In this document: in pieces, positions 27,897 to 36,099 of the stretch
Layout of the letters: each line of letters opens with the position of its first letter
Position numbering within the stretch: position 1 is the first letter of the stretch
DNA from: a virus
Lineage: Duplodnaviria; Caudoviricetes
DNA: 64,000 nucleotides
Virus record (IMG/VR): IMGVR_UViG_2974556029_000001
Location: 16,298 to 80,297 of that record
Reading direction: 5' to 3' (one strand)
Position numbers and translations under genes: made by a program
Notes under the pieces: model-generated
Databases searched by the model: none
What the model saw: only the letters and a program-made list of their open reading frames with translations
Told to the model about the DNA's origin: nothing

Positions 27897-29240
27897 TTAG
27901 GCGTCGTCGGGGCCCATGAAGAACGGCCAGTCAGACTCGTCCGGCGTGAACATCGGGTCCATCCGGATCCACATCTGCTCCAGGCCGAAGATCTCCCGGT
28001 AGTGCAGGTAGTGGCCCAGAGCGGTCTCGCGCCGCTCCACGCCGCGCGCGAACGCCTTCGAGTCTCGGGTCAGGCGCACCGGCTGCGCGGTGGGCGCGCC
28101 GTCGGTCTTGTAGAAGATCCAGACCCATTCCCAGGACTCGGGGCTGAAGACCTTCGAGACCAGTTCCATCTCGGCTTCGGTCGGCGGGCGGATGGACGTG
28201 ATCGACGCCTGGGCCTCGTTGGCCAGATGGCGGCCGCGCCCATGGATCTCGCCCTTCTCGTCGGCCTCGAAGGTGAACCAGGCGCGCTGCGTGCCGGCCG
28301 GGCGCTGATCGTTGAGAAGCAGCTGGCCGCCGCTCACCGGAGCATCCGGATCCCAGGCATATTGGCCGTCCTCGCCGATGCCGACGAGCTGCTCCGAGCA
28401 GACGTAGACCTTACCCTCGCTGACCAGGCGACGCGCCTGGCGCCTGCCCTCGTCATAGTGGGCGGCCTGGACGTCGTAGAAGCGAAGGGCGGCCTCGCGC
28501 AGCAGCGCCTTCTTGAAGTCGCGGCCTTGCCAATTGGAGAAGGACTTCAGGTCGATCGACGCCACCGGCTTCAGACGGTCGAACCTGGCCCGCTGACGCA
28601 CGCCGTTCTCGTCGGTCCAGAAGACCGAGACTTCGGACAGGCCGACGCCGGTGAAGGCCTTGACCAGATCCGGGTGCTTGGTGGCCAGAGCGACCATCAG
28701 CTTGATCTTGTCGAAGTCTCCGGCGGAGAGCTCGACCTTCCCCTGCGATCGCCACTTGGCCAGGATGTCGTCGAAGATCTGGACATCCGGATCCAGTTCG
28801 CGAAGGCGCGCCATCAGCTCAGGCTTCAGACCCGAGGTCTTGCCGCCGATCTCGCGCAGCCTGGCCTTGGCCTGATCGGCCGTGCGGACCGCGTTCGGAT
28901 AGTCGTCGATCACCGGCGCGACGCCGAAGCGCTTCTCCAAGGTGCCGGGCGGCTCCAGCAGGGCGCAGTGCAGGGCCGAGCCGAACCGGAGGGCGGGCGT
29001 GTCCTTCTCGTCCTTCACGCTGATCAGGTTGAAGGGCGAGTCCCAGTGCCAATCCGGCGGCGAGCTGTTGATCAGCTTGAAGGCCGAATAGCTGAGGGCC
29101 CAGTCGGTCAGGTAGTCGATTTCGGGCAGGCCGATATAGACCCCGTCCGGGTGCTCCATGACCGGCAGGGAGGCGCCGGCGATCGTGTAGACGCGGTGCC
29201 GAGCAAACTCGTCGGCCTGGCGGATGGCTTCAAGGTTCAT
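27897..29240 (-). CDS. RecE/exonuclease VIII-like PD-(D/E)XK nuclease (DUF3799-like)
   Basis: FGSALHCALLEP, RARFDRL, DLKS, Y.VQAAHY; adjacent to RecT. Confidence 0.8.
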   Translation of the reverse strand: MNLEAIRQADEFARHRVYTIAGASLPVMEHPDGVYIGLPEIDYLTDWALSYSAFKLINSSPPDWHWDSPFNLISVKDEKDTPALRFGSALHCALLEPPGTLEKRFGVAPVIDDYPNAVRTADQAKARLREIGGKTSGLKPELMARLRELDPDVQIFDDILAKWRSQGKVELSAGDFDKIKLMVALATKHPDLVKAFTGVGLSEVSVFWTDENGVRQRARFDRLKPVASIDLKSFSNWQGRDFKKALLREAALRFYDVQAAHYDEGRRQARRLVSEGKVYVCSEQLVGIGEDGQYAWDPDAPVSGGQLLLNDQRPAGTQRAWFTFEADEKGEIHGRGRHLANEAQASITSIRPPTEAEMELVSKVFSPESWEWVWIFYKTDGAPTAQPVRLTRDSKAFARGVERRETALGHYLHYREIFGLEQMWIRMDPMFTPDESDWPFFMGPDDA

Positions 29241-29251
29241 GTCAGGGTCTC

Positions 29252-29485
29252 CTAGCGCTTCTTCTTCACGGCGACGGCCGCCGCGAGGTTCTTCTTGCCG
29301 CGGTGCACGGCGATGGCGACGGCGGCCTTGCCGAACTGCCGCTCAGACAGGGCGATCAGCAGGGCGATGCTGCTCCCCAGGATCGTCAGCTGATCGGGGG
29401 CCGCGTCGATCTTCAGAGCCGTGCTCAGGATCTTGTCGCAGGCGTCGCCGATGTCCCGGCTGACGATGGGGTCGTTCATGTTCAT
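29252..29485 (-). CDS. Hypothetical protein
   Basis: 77 aa with SD. Confidence 0.5.
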   Translation of the reverse strand: MNMNDPIVSRDIGDACDKILSTALKIDAAPDQLTILGSSIALLIALSERQFGKAAVAIAVHRGKKNLAAAVAVKKKR

Positions 29486-29578
29486 CGGATTGTCCTATCC
29501 GGGGGGCGCGTCAGGTTCGGTCGTGGGGGCCGCCGCGTGGTGGGGGCGCGCGGCGGCCGGCGTTCTCCGCCCAGGCGC

Positions 29579-30949
29579 CTACTCGGCCGCCTGCCCGTCC
29601 TTGTCCGCCTTGCCCTTCTTCTCGGGCTTCAGCAGGGTCTCGAACGGCTCCTGGCCTTTGACTTCGCCGTCTTCCATGACGAAGCCCACCTTGCCGCTGT
29701 TGTCGACGCGCTCCATCCAGATCTGGAGATTGATCTCCTCGGCCGTCTTGGCCAGCAGGCGGAGCGCGTCTTCGTCCAACTTCTCGCCGCCGCGCACGGT
29801 GGCGACGCGCAGCTTCGGGTTCATGGCGGCCGCGATCTTCAGGGAGGCGACCAGCTGCTGGGCATCGCTGGCCTGCTTGAGCGGCAAGCCGTCCAGAAGG
29901 ACGCGGTCTTCGTCCAGGCTCAGGCCGGCGACCGGCAACTTCGCCTCCAGGATCGCCTTCTTGATCTGCTCCTTGCGGCCGTCGATCGCCTTGGTCAGGG
30001 CGGCCGCCTTCTCCTCCTCGGCCTGCGCCTGCTTCTGCAGGTCCTGCTTGCGCTGGGCGGCTTGGTAGGCGGCGTTGGCGGTCTTGGCTTTCAGGATCTC
30101 GGCCTGGACCTCGCCGATGTCGGTCAGCTCGGGCAGGGGCGGAGCTTCGTCCAGGCGCTTCTGCTCTTCGGCCGCCGCAGCATCCAGCTTTTCCGCTTCG
30201 GCGTCGGCCGCCGCGGCTTTCTCGCGCAGATCAGTGGCGAGCTGACGCATCTCCTCGGCCTCGGCCTTCATGCTGGCCACGTCCTCAGCGACCTTGGCCC
30301 GCCGCGCCCGACGTTGCTCGATCTCGGTGTTGTGGCTGCTGGCGTTGGTCAGCTTGGAGATCAGCGCCTCTTCGTCCACAGGCGCGTCCGGCGCGTCCGG
30401 CGGCACCACGATGCCGTTGGCCTGAGCTGCCAGATCCTTGGCGCGCCGGTTGACGTCGGTGCGCTCGTTGAAGTCCACCTTGTTGAGGCGGTCGATCTCG
30501 TCAAAGTCGACGTCCTTGACCAGGGCCCGGACCATCTTCAGCTGCGTCGCGGCATCAGCCTCGGCGAACTCCAGCGGGTCCAGGGTGAGCGTGCCCAGCA
30601 GGTCTTTCATCATGGTCTGCGGGTTGCTGTACCGGGCGCCGTCGCCGTTCTCGACGGTCAGGGTGTGCGTATAGCGGCCCTCATCCTGCATCGTGATGCG
30701 CAGGGTGGCGCGATACTTCACGCCGCTGTCGTCGCCGATGTCGAGCTGACCGACGGCGCGCGTCTCGCCCAGGCGCACGGGCACCTCGGCGAACTCGTCC
30801 TTGCCGCCCAGGATGCACCAGATGGTGCGCAGGACGCTGGTCTTGCCGTTGGCGTTCTTGCCGGTGATCTCGACCAGCTTGCCGTTCGGCTCGATGCGGA
30901 CGGCTTTGATCTTGGCCATGTTCTCGGCCTGGAGAGCGAGGATGTGCAT
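29579..30949 (-). CDS. SMC/Rad50-like AAA ATPase
   Basis: GKNANGKTS Walker A, central coiled coil, ASDAQQ signature-like, EKLD D-loop. Confidence 0.8.
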   Translation of the reverse strand: MHILALQAENMAKIKAVRIEPNGKLVEITGKNANGKTSVLRTIWCILGGKDEFAEVPVRLGETRAVGQLDIGDDSGVKYRATLRITMQDEGRYTHTLTVENGDGARYSNPQTMMKDLLGTLTLDPLEFAEADAATQLKMVRALVKDVDFDEIDRLNKVDFNERTDVNRRAKDLAAQANGIVVPPDAPDAPVDEEALISKLTNASSHNTEIEQRRARRAKVAEDVASMKAEAEEMRQLATDLREKAAAADAEAEKLDAAAAEEQKRLDEAPPLPELTDIGEVQAEILKAKTANAAYQAAQRKQDLQKQAQAEEEKAAALTKAIDGRKEQIKKAILEAKLPVAGLSLDEDRVLLDGLPLKQASDAQQLVASLKIAAAMNPKLRVATVRGGEKLDEDALRLLAKTAEEINLQIWMERVDNSGKVGFVMEDGEVKGQEPFETLLKPEKKGKADKDGQAAE

Positions 30950-30962
30950 GCGTGTGCTCCTG

Positions 30963-31154
30963 TCAGGGATGCTGGGTTTGGTGGAGGTCCTGCTGGATCT
31001 GAGCCAGCCGGATCATTGCGGTGTCGGTCAGCGCCGCGGTGCCGAGTTCGGCGAACAGGCGATCGGTGCTGAGGAGCCCAAGCGGGCTGTCGGGCGGGAA
31101 GCCGTAAAGGGCCTGCGTAACGATGCGCTCGGCCTCCGTCCTAGTCATGGTCAT
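30963..31154 (-). CDS. Hypothetical protein
   Basis: 63 aa, fits the operon. Confidence 0.45.
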   Translation of the reverse strand: MTMTRTEAERIVTQALYGFPPDSPLGLLSTDRLFAELGTAALTDTAMIRLAQIQQDLHQTQHP

Positions 31155-31480
31155 CAGCGGCCCTCGAGTCGCATTTCTTCGCGGCGCGCGTCAGCGGCCT
31201 GGTCTTCGGCGTAGGCGGCATCGTCGAACACGGACGTCAGCATCTCGGCCTTGAACTCGTCCGACTTTTCCAGGAGCGCGAAGATCCAGCCGTCGGCCTC
31301 GCGCGCCTGGCCATCGTGGACCAGCTGCAGGGTGAGAAGGTCGCAGCTCGGGTCTTCGCCGGGCGACGTGTGCGTCTGCCTGCAACCGGGATAGAAATCG
31401 AAGGTGGCGACGACATCGAACTCGAAGTAGGCGTCCCCCAGACTGATCGACCCGGTCGTCTTGATGGTATGCTTGGACAT
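31154..31480 (-). CDS. Hypothetical acidic protein
   Basis: 108 aa, GGAGG SD. Confidence 0.55.
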   Translation of the reverse strand: MSKHTIKTTGSISLGDAYFEFDVVATFDFYPGCRQTHTSPGEDPSCDLLTLQLVHDGQAREADGWIFALLEKSDEFKAEMLTSVFDDAAYAEDQAADARREEMRLEGR

Positions 31481-31987
31481 TCAGCCCTCCTCGGAGCGTG
31501 CCTGGCGCACGGCCTGGACCAGGTCATACTGGGCATCGGCCATGGCGGTGATGTCTTTCCCGAGCTGAGCGGCCAGGGCCTCGATACGGTCGATCTCGTT
31601 GGCGAAGGATCGCCGCTGAGCGCTCTGAGCGGCCTGGGCGCGCAGCAGGGCCTCGGATGCAACCTGCGTCAAGACGTGCAGGGCGCGGCCGGCCTGGCCG
31701 ACCGGCTGGCGCAGATGCTCGTCCCGGCGGCGCTTCACGGCCACCGCCTCGGCCCACAGGTCATCGTCCGTCTTGTCGACGTAGATCCCGCGCGGCGGCG
31801 GCTTGGCGATAGCCGACCACAGCGACCCGCTCTCGTAGGTGACGATCTCGTGGATCTGGGCGGCGCGCTGAGCGAGGAGGCCTTCGTAGATCGTGAAGGT
31901 CTCGGGATCCTGATCCTGCCGGCGCGGCGCAATGTCCGCGATCAGCGCTATGTCGGCCGCCCCAGGCGGCGGGGGATTGTCGGTCAC
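31481..31987 (-). CDS. First gene of the leftward arm, hypothetical (no HTH or peptidase motif seen)
   Basis: GTG start 7 nt after CCCTGACAGGAG. Confidence 0.55.
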   Translation of the reverse strand: MTDNPPPPGAADIALIADIAPRRQDQDPETFTIYEGLLAQRAAQIHEIVTYESGSLWSAIAKPPPRGIYVDKTDDDLWAEAVAVKRRRDEHLRQPVGQAGRALHVLTQVASEALLRAQAAQSAQRRSFANEIDRIEALAAQLGKDITAMADAQYDLVQAVRQARSEEG

Positions 31988-32061
31988 ATCTCGGCTCCTG
32001 TCAGGGAAAGTCGTCTCGTGCTGAAAACGATACATACACGACAGTTCTGGCCGATCAACAC

Positions 32062-32101
32062 CAAAAATGGCGTTGACCGAACAAAAATGGCGTCATAGGG
32101 T
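32062..32101 (+). promoter_or_regulatory. Divergent control region: rightward sigma70-like promoter plus two CAAAAATGGCGT direct repeats
   Basis: TTGACC (32073-78)-N17-TAGGGT (32096-101); 12-bp repeats at 32062 and 32082. Confidence 0.6.
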
Positions 32102-32131
32102 CTGCGTCGTTCCATCCCCACGAGGTGCTGT

Positions 32132-32326
32132 ATGTCGCATATCGAGAAGGCGCGCGCCGCCATTAAGGCCGCCGCGTTCGATCTCGGCGTTCCGGAGCTC
32201 GCAAGACGAGCCGGCGTGCCCGAGAATACGGCGCGGCGGCTGATCAAGAAGCCGCCGGCCGCCGTCACCAACCTGATCAGCTTGGAGCGTGAAGCTCTGA
32301 AGCATGAGGCGGAAACGAAGAAGTGA
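32132..32326 (+). CDS. Cro-like HTH protein
   Basis: 64 aa; LGVPELARRAGVPENTARRLI helix-turn-helix; first rightward gene. Confidence 0.7.
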   Translation: MSHIEKARAAIKAAAFDLGVPELARRAGVPENTARRLIKKPPAAVTNLISLEREALKHEAETKK

Positions 32327-32658
32327 CCCGCCTGCAAGAAGCCCTGACGCAGCTCCGCGAACACCAAGATCAGCTCGATGCTGATGGGTGCCGGGTGGGC
32401 GTCTCCCGTGAGGCCTTGGACATTGTCCTGTCCTCGTTCAACGAAAACCCGGCGCCCCAGATCACCGAAGAAGGTGTAGCGCGCCGTGTTGCCGGCATGA
32501 TCGGCGATGCGGTCGGCTACTTCTGGAACGCTGCCCTGATCCCGACCCATGAGCACGGTGACGCGACGGCCAACGCTGTTATGTCCGGCATGGTGAGCGG
32601 CATGGCGGCGATCGCGTCGAACCTGGAGCGCCACTCCAAGGAGCAGCCCCATGTCTGA
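32323..32658 (+). CDS. Hypothetical protein
   Basis: GTGA overlap with the Cro-like gene. Confidence 0.55.
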   Translation: MTRLQEALTQLREHQDQLDADGCRVGVSREALDIVLSSFNENPAPQITEEGVARRVAGMIGDAVGYFWNAALIPTHEHGDATANAVMSGMVSGMAAIASNLERHSKEQPHV

Positions 32659-33271
32659 AGCCCCGCAGCGTTTTCCGCTGGCCTGGCCGACGCACAAGCC
32701 GCGCACCAAGAACCGCCAGGCCGGCAAGTTCCGCTACAAGGACGGCCGTGGCTGGATGGTCGATCTGACCACGGCCATGGCGATGGAGCGCCTCGATAGG
32801 GAGATCAACCTGCTCGGCGCCCAGCTGCCCATCCTCTCGTCGAACATCGAGCTGAAGATGGACGGACGTCCCCGATCGGGAACAGATCCTGCTGACCCCG
32901 GCGTGGCGCTGTACTTCCAGCTGAAGGGCAAGCCCCACACCATGGCGTGCGACACCTACAACAACGTGGCGCAGAACATCGCCGCGCTGGCGGCGCACAT
33001 CGAAAGCACTCGAGCCATCGAACGCTACGGTGTTGCGACGGCGGCGGAAGTGCTGCAGGCCTTCACCGCCTTGCCGCCGCCGATCAACATGCCCGCGCCG
33101 TCCCGCCCATGGTGGGAGGTGTTCGGCGTGATCCGGACCCAGGTCGGCCCGGACGACATCCAGGCCCTCTACCGAGCCAAGGCCAAGCAGGCCGCCGGCG
33201 ACGAAGAGCGCCTGAAAGAACTCAACCTGGCCAAGGACGATGCCCTGGCCCAACTCAAGACGGAGGCCTGA
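32651..33271 (+). CDS. Phage protein with C-terminal J-domain-like region
   Basis: FPL.WP...PRT N-domain; WWEVFGV...I...YR..AK....LN.A.D.AL J-like fold without HPD. Confidence 0.65.
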   Translation: MSEAPQRFPLAWPTHKPRTKNRQAGKFRYKDGRGWMVDLTTAMAMERLDREINLLGAQLPILSSNIELKMDGRPRSGTDPADPGVALYFQLKGKPHTMACDTYNNVAQNIAALAAHIESTRAIERYGVATAAEVLQAFTALPPPINMPAPSRPWWEVFGVIRTQVGPDDIQALYRAKAKQAAGDEERLKELNLAKDDALAQLKTEA

Positions 33272-33768
33272 TGGCCGGCTCCCTGAACAAAGTCATGCTG
33301 ATCGGCAACCTCGGCGCCGATCCCGAGATCCGCTCCCTCAACAGCGGCGACCGTGTCGCGAACTTGCGCATCGCCACCTCGGAAAGCTGGCGAGACCGCC
33401 AGTCTGGCGAGCGCAAGGAAAAGACCGAGTGGCACCGCGTCGTCATCTTCAACGAGCACCTGGTCAAGGTGGCCGACGAGTACCTGCGCAAGGGGGCGAC
33501 GGTCTATGTCGAAGGCCAGCTGCAGACCCGCAAGTGGCAGGACAACCAGGGCCGCGACTGCTACTCGACCGAGATCGTCCTACAGAAGTTCGGCGGCGTC
33601 CTGACGATGCTGGGCGGCAAGCGCGACGGCGATGACCGTGGCGGCGGCGGGCGCGATAGCTACGACCGCGGCTACGGCGGCGGTGGCGGCGACTTCCGCC
33701 AGGACTCGAGAGGCAACCAGCAGCGCGAAAGCTTCTCGGCGGACCTCGACGACGAGATACCGTTCTGA
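33271..33768 (+). CDS. ssb: Single-stranded DNA-binding protein
   Basis: [19 protein letters not shown]...TEWHRVV...LQTRKW; C-tip [11 protein letters not shown] as in alphaproteobacterial SSB. Confidence 0.97.
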   Translation: MAGSLNKVMLIGNLGADPEIRSLNSGDRVANLRIATSESWRDRQSGERKEKTEWHRVVIFNEHLVKVADEYLRKGATVYVEGQLQTRKWQDNQGRDCYSTEIVLQKFGGVLTMLGGKRDGDDRGGGGRDSYDRGYGGGGGDFRQDSRGNQQRESFSADLDDEIPF

Positions 33769-33859
33769 TCTTCTCCGCGTCCCCCGAACCAGTTCCCTAT
33801 CCAGGGTAGCCGACCGCGCCGACCGGCCCCACAGCGGCGCAACATGAAAGGAGAGGCTT

Positions 33860-34849
33860 ATGAGCCTGCCCAATAGCCAGTCGCCCGATGGCGACTCTTA
33901 CCTGAAGCATCTGGCGATCGCCCTGCGCGACAACGCCGAACTCGATCGCGTGAAGGCCAAGCGAAAGGCCAATCGTGAGCGGGCCAAGAAGGCCGGCGTC
34001 GACCTGAAGGACATGGATCAGGACATCAAGATGTCCAGCTGGTCGCCGTCCGAGGTCGCCCAATACTTCGCCCGCAAGATCACCTACCTGGCCTACCGAG
34101 GCGTCCAGATCGGCAAGCAGTTCGACCTGTTCTCGGGCATCAATCCGACGGTCAACTCGAGCACCGACTTCTACCCGTCGGGCATGTTCGCCGCCATGAA
34201 CAACCTGCCCCCGCGCCCGCCGTCCAACCTGTCTCAGAACGACAGCCAGCGCTGGATGGAAGGCTGGAACGCCGGCAACGTCTTCGCGTCTCAGGCCGCT
34301 GAAGAAGAAGAGCTCGCTGCGGCGGCCGTGCGCGCCATGCAGAATGACGGCGAGGGCGGCGACGACGATGAAGATCGCGACGACACCGATGGCGGCAATG
34401 AAGGCGCCGGCGGCCAACTCGCGGCTGACGAAGAAGCCGAGACCCTGTTCCTGGTCCTGGGCGATTTCGCCAACGCCGAGTCGCTGGACGACTGCACGAT
34501 CGAAAACTACTCGGGCCCGCCGGCGGATCTCGACGCGGCCGACAAGATCATCGTCGAGCACGATGGCGAGTCGAAGGTCCTGAAGGGCGGCGACGAAGCC
34601 CCGGCCCCGGTCGCCGAAGCCGAGCCGCCGCAAGAAGCCTCGCCTGAGAACCCGGCCGTGCTGTCGAAGGGCGGCGCCGAAGAGTTCGTCGAGACGCCGG
34701 TCGAGGAACTGCGCCAGCAGGCCGGTCGCAAGACCAGCACGGCCCTGAGCCAGTCGGCCAAGGCGGAGAGCATCCGCGCCGAGGTGGAGAAGTCCATCAA
34801 GCCGAAGAAGCCCAGGACGGCCAAGTCGAAGGACACCGGCCCCCTGTAG
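33860..34849 (+). CDS. Hypothetical protein: GapR/DUF2312-like N-helix, RMF-like motif, acidic tail
   Basis: RERAKKAGVDLKDMDQDIK; QRWMEGWNAG; D/E-rich C-half. Confidence 0.55.
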   Translation: MSLPNSQSPDGDSYLKHLAIALRDNAELDRVKAKRKANRERAKKAGVDLKDMDQDIKMSSWSPSEVAQYFARKITYLAYRGVQIGKQFDLFSGINPTVNSSTDFYPSGMFAAMNNLPPRPPSNLSQNDSQRWMEGWNAGNVFASQAAEEEELAAAAVRAMQNDGEGGDDDEDRDDTDGGNEGAGGQLAADEEAETLFLVLGDFANAESLDDCTIENYSGPPADLDAADKIIVEHDGESKVLKGGDEAPAPVAEAEPPQEASPENPAVLSKGGAEEFVETPVEELRQQAGRKTSTALSQSAKAESIRAEVEKSIKPKKPRTAKSKDTGPL

Positions 34850-34906
34850 TGACCTGGTGCGCCGTGGCGGTGTCGCGGCGCACCACATTCCCCTGACGAG
34901 GAAACC

Positions 34907-35458
34907 ATGACCAAGCTGATCACCCTGGACCTGGGCGGAAACCTGGGCGTCACGATCGGGCCGCTGTCAGCCGAGGCGCGCGCGGCCCAAGTCAAGTGCT
35001 TCACCATCAAGCTGAAGGAGACCACGCGCGTCGGGGTCTGGCTGAACTCGGCGACCGAAGAGCTTCATCGGCTGGTCCGGGAGAACCCTGGCGCGACCTG
35101 GGCCTGCGAGAAGCCCGACACGCGCGGCCTCATGTACTTCGGGATCCGCAAGAACATGTGCCTGCTGGGCCACGTCTACAGCGTCCTGGCCGTCTACGGG
35201 ATCTACGAGATGCAGGAGGTGACCGTGCCTCAGGCGAAGTTGCGTCTGGCCGGCCACGGCCGCGCTGACAAGGACCAGATGATCGCCGCTGCCCAGGCCA
35301 AGGGCTACTCGGCCAAGAACGAGCACGAGGCGGACGCCTGCGGGATCCGCGAGGTGGTCATCTTCGGTCCGGAGGAGACCAAGGCGCAGAAGGCCAAGCG
35401 CGCCGCTGCGGCTAAGCGGAAGGTCAAGGAACAGGCGAAGGGCCCCAAGCTGCTGTGA
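34907..35458 (+). CDS. ruvC: RuvC-like Holliday junction resolvase
   Basis: LDLG..LG, CE.P, K..LAGHGRADKDQM, HEADA. Confidence 0.75.
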   Translation: MTKLITLDLGGNLGVTIGPLSAEARAAQVKCFTIKLKETTRVGVWLNSATEELHRLVRENPGATWACEKPDTRGLMYFGIRKNMCLLGHVYSVLAVYGIYEMQEVTVPQAKLRLAGHGRADKDQMIAAAQAKGYSAKNEHEADACGIREVVIFGPEETKAQKAKRAAAAKRKVKEQAKGPKLL

Positions 35459-36087
35459 GCAAGACCAACAACCGGCGCGGCGCGGCCGCCGTCACCTATC
35501 CGATCGATCGTCTCCACTGGTACGTCGAGAGCGGCGACAACACCCGCGGCCTTCTCGACGTCGAGAAATTCGAAGGCGGGATCTGGGATCCATGCTGCGG
35601 CATGGGGAACATCGTCAGGGCGGCGATCGGCGAGGGCTACACCACGTCAATCGGCACCGACCTGAAGCGCCGAGTTCCGCGCCGCACCCCATGGTTCGGC
35701 GGCACCCACGATTTTCTTCGCACTAGGTGGGGCCGAGCCCCGCGCAAGAACATCGTGATGAACCCGCCGTTCTTCGGGGCCAAGGGGACCGAGGAGTTCA
35801 TCCGCGCCGCCCTGGCCCTGGAGGGGGTCGAGAAGGTCTGCGTCTTCGCGAACCTCGGCTTCCTGGCCAGCAACGGTCGGTGGGAGGGTCTCTACATGGA
35901 CCATCTCCCGAACCGGGCCTACGTCATTGCCCCGCGCCCGTCGTGCCCGCCTGGCTACCACATCTGGGCCGGCGGCGACGTAGGCGGCGGCACCGCCGAC
36001 TGGATCTGGCTGGTCTACGATCTGACCGCGCCGCGTCCGACACACATCGACATGGGCCGCGTCAAGCCGCGCGCCCGCCAACCCTGA
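35455..36087 (+). CDS. Small amino-(N6A/N4C) DNA methyltransferase-like protein
   Basis: WDPCCG.G SAM motif, DFL, IVMNPPF catalytic motif IV. Confidence 0.7.
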   Translation: MSKTNNRRGAAAVTYPIDRLHWYVESGDNTRGLLDVEKFEGGIWDPCCGMGNIVRAAIGEGYTTSIGTDLKRRVPRRTPWFGGTHDFLRTRWGRAPRKNIVMNPPFFGAKGTEEFIRAALALEGVEKVCVFANLGFLASNGRWEGLYMDHLPNRAYVIAPRPSCPPGYHIWAGGDVGGGTADWIWLVYDLTAPRPTHIDMGRVKPRARQP

Positions 36088-36099
36088 CAGGAGAACCGC

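Noticed and set aside
26523-29255. Long antisense ORFs (910 aa here; also 6789-9161, 35647-38385, 29303-31072, 4290-5738, 53073-54497 and others)
   Set aside because: Shadow frames opposite well-supported genes, expected from high GC at third codon positions; no motifs and no SD.
32000-32035. ATG start at 32035 for the first leftward gene, as in the ORF track
   Set aside because: It lies in the promoter gap without an SD; GTG 31987 follows the conserved CCCTGACAGGAG leader.
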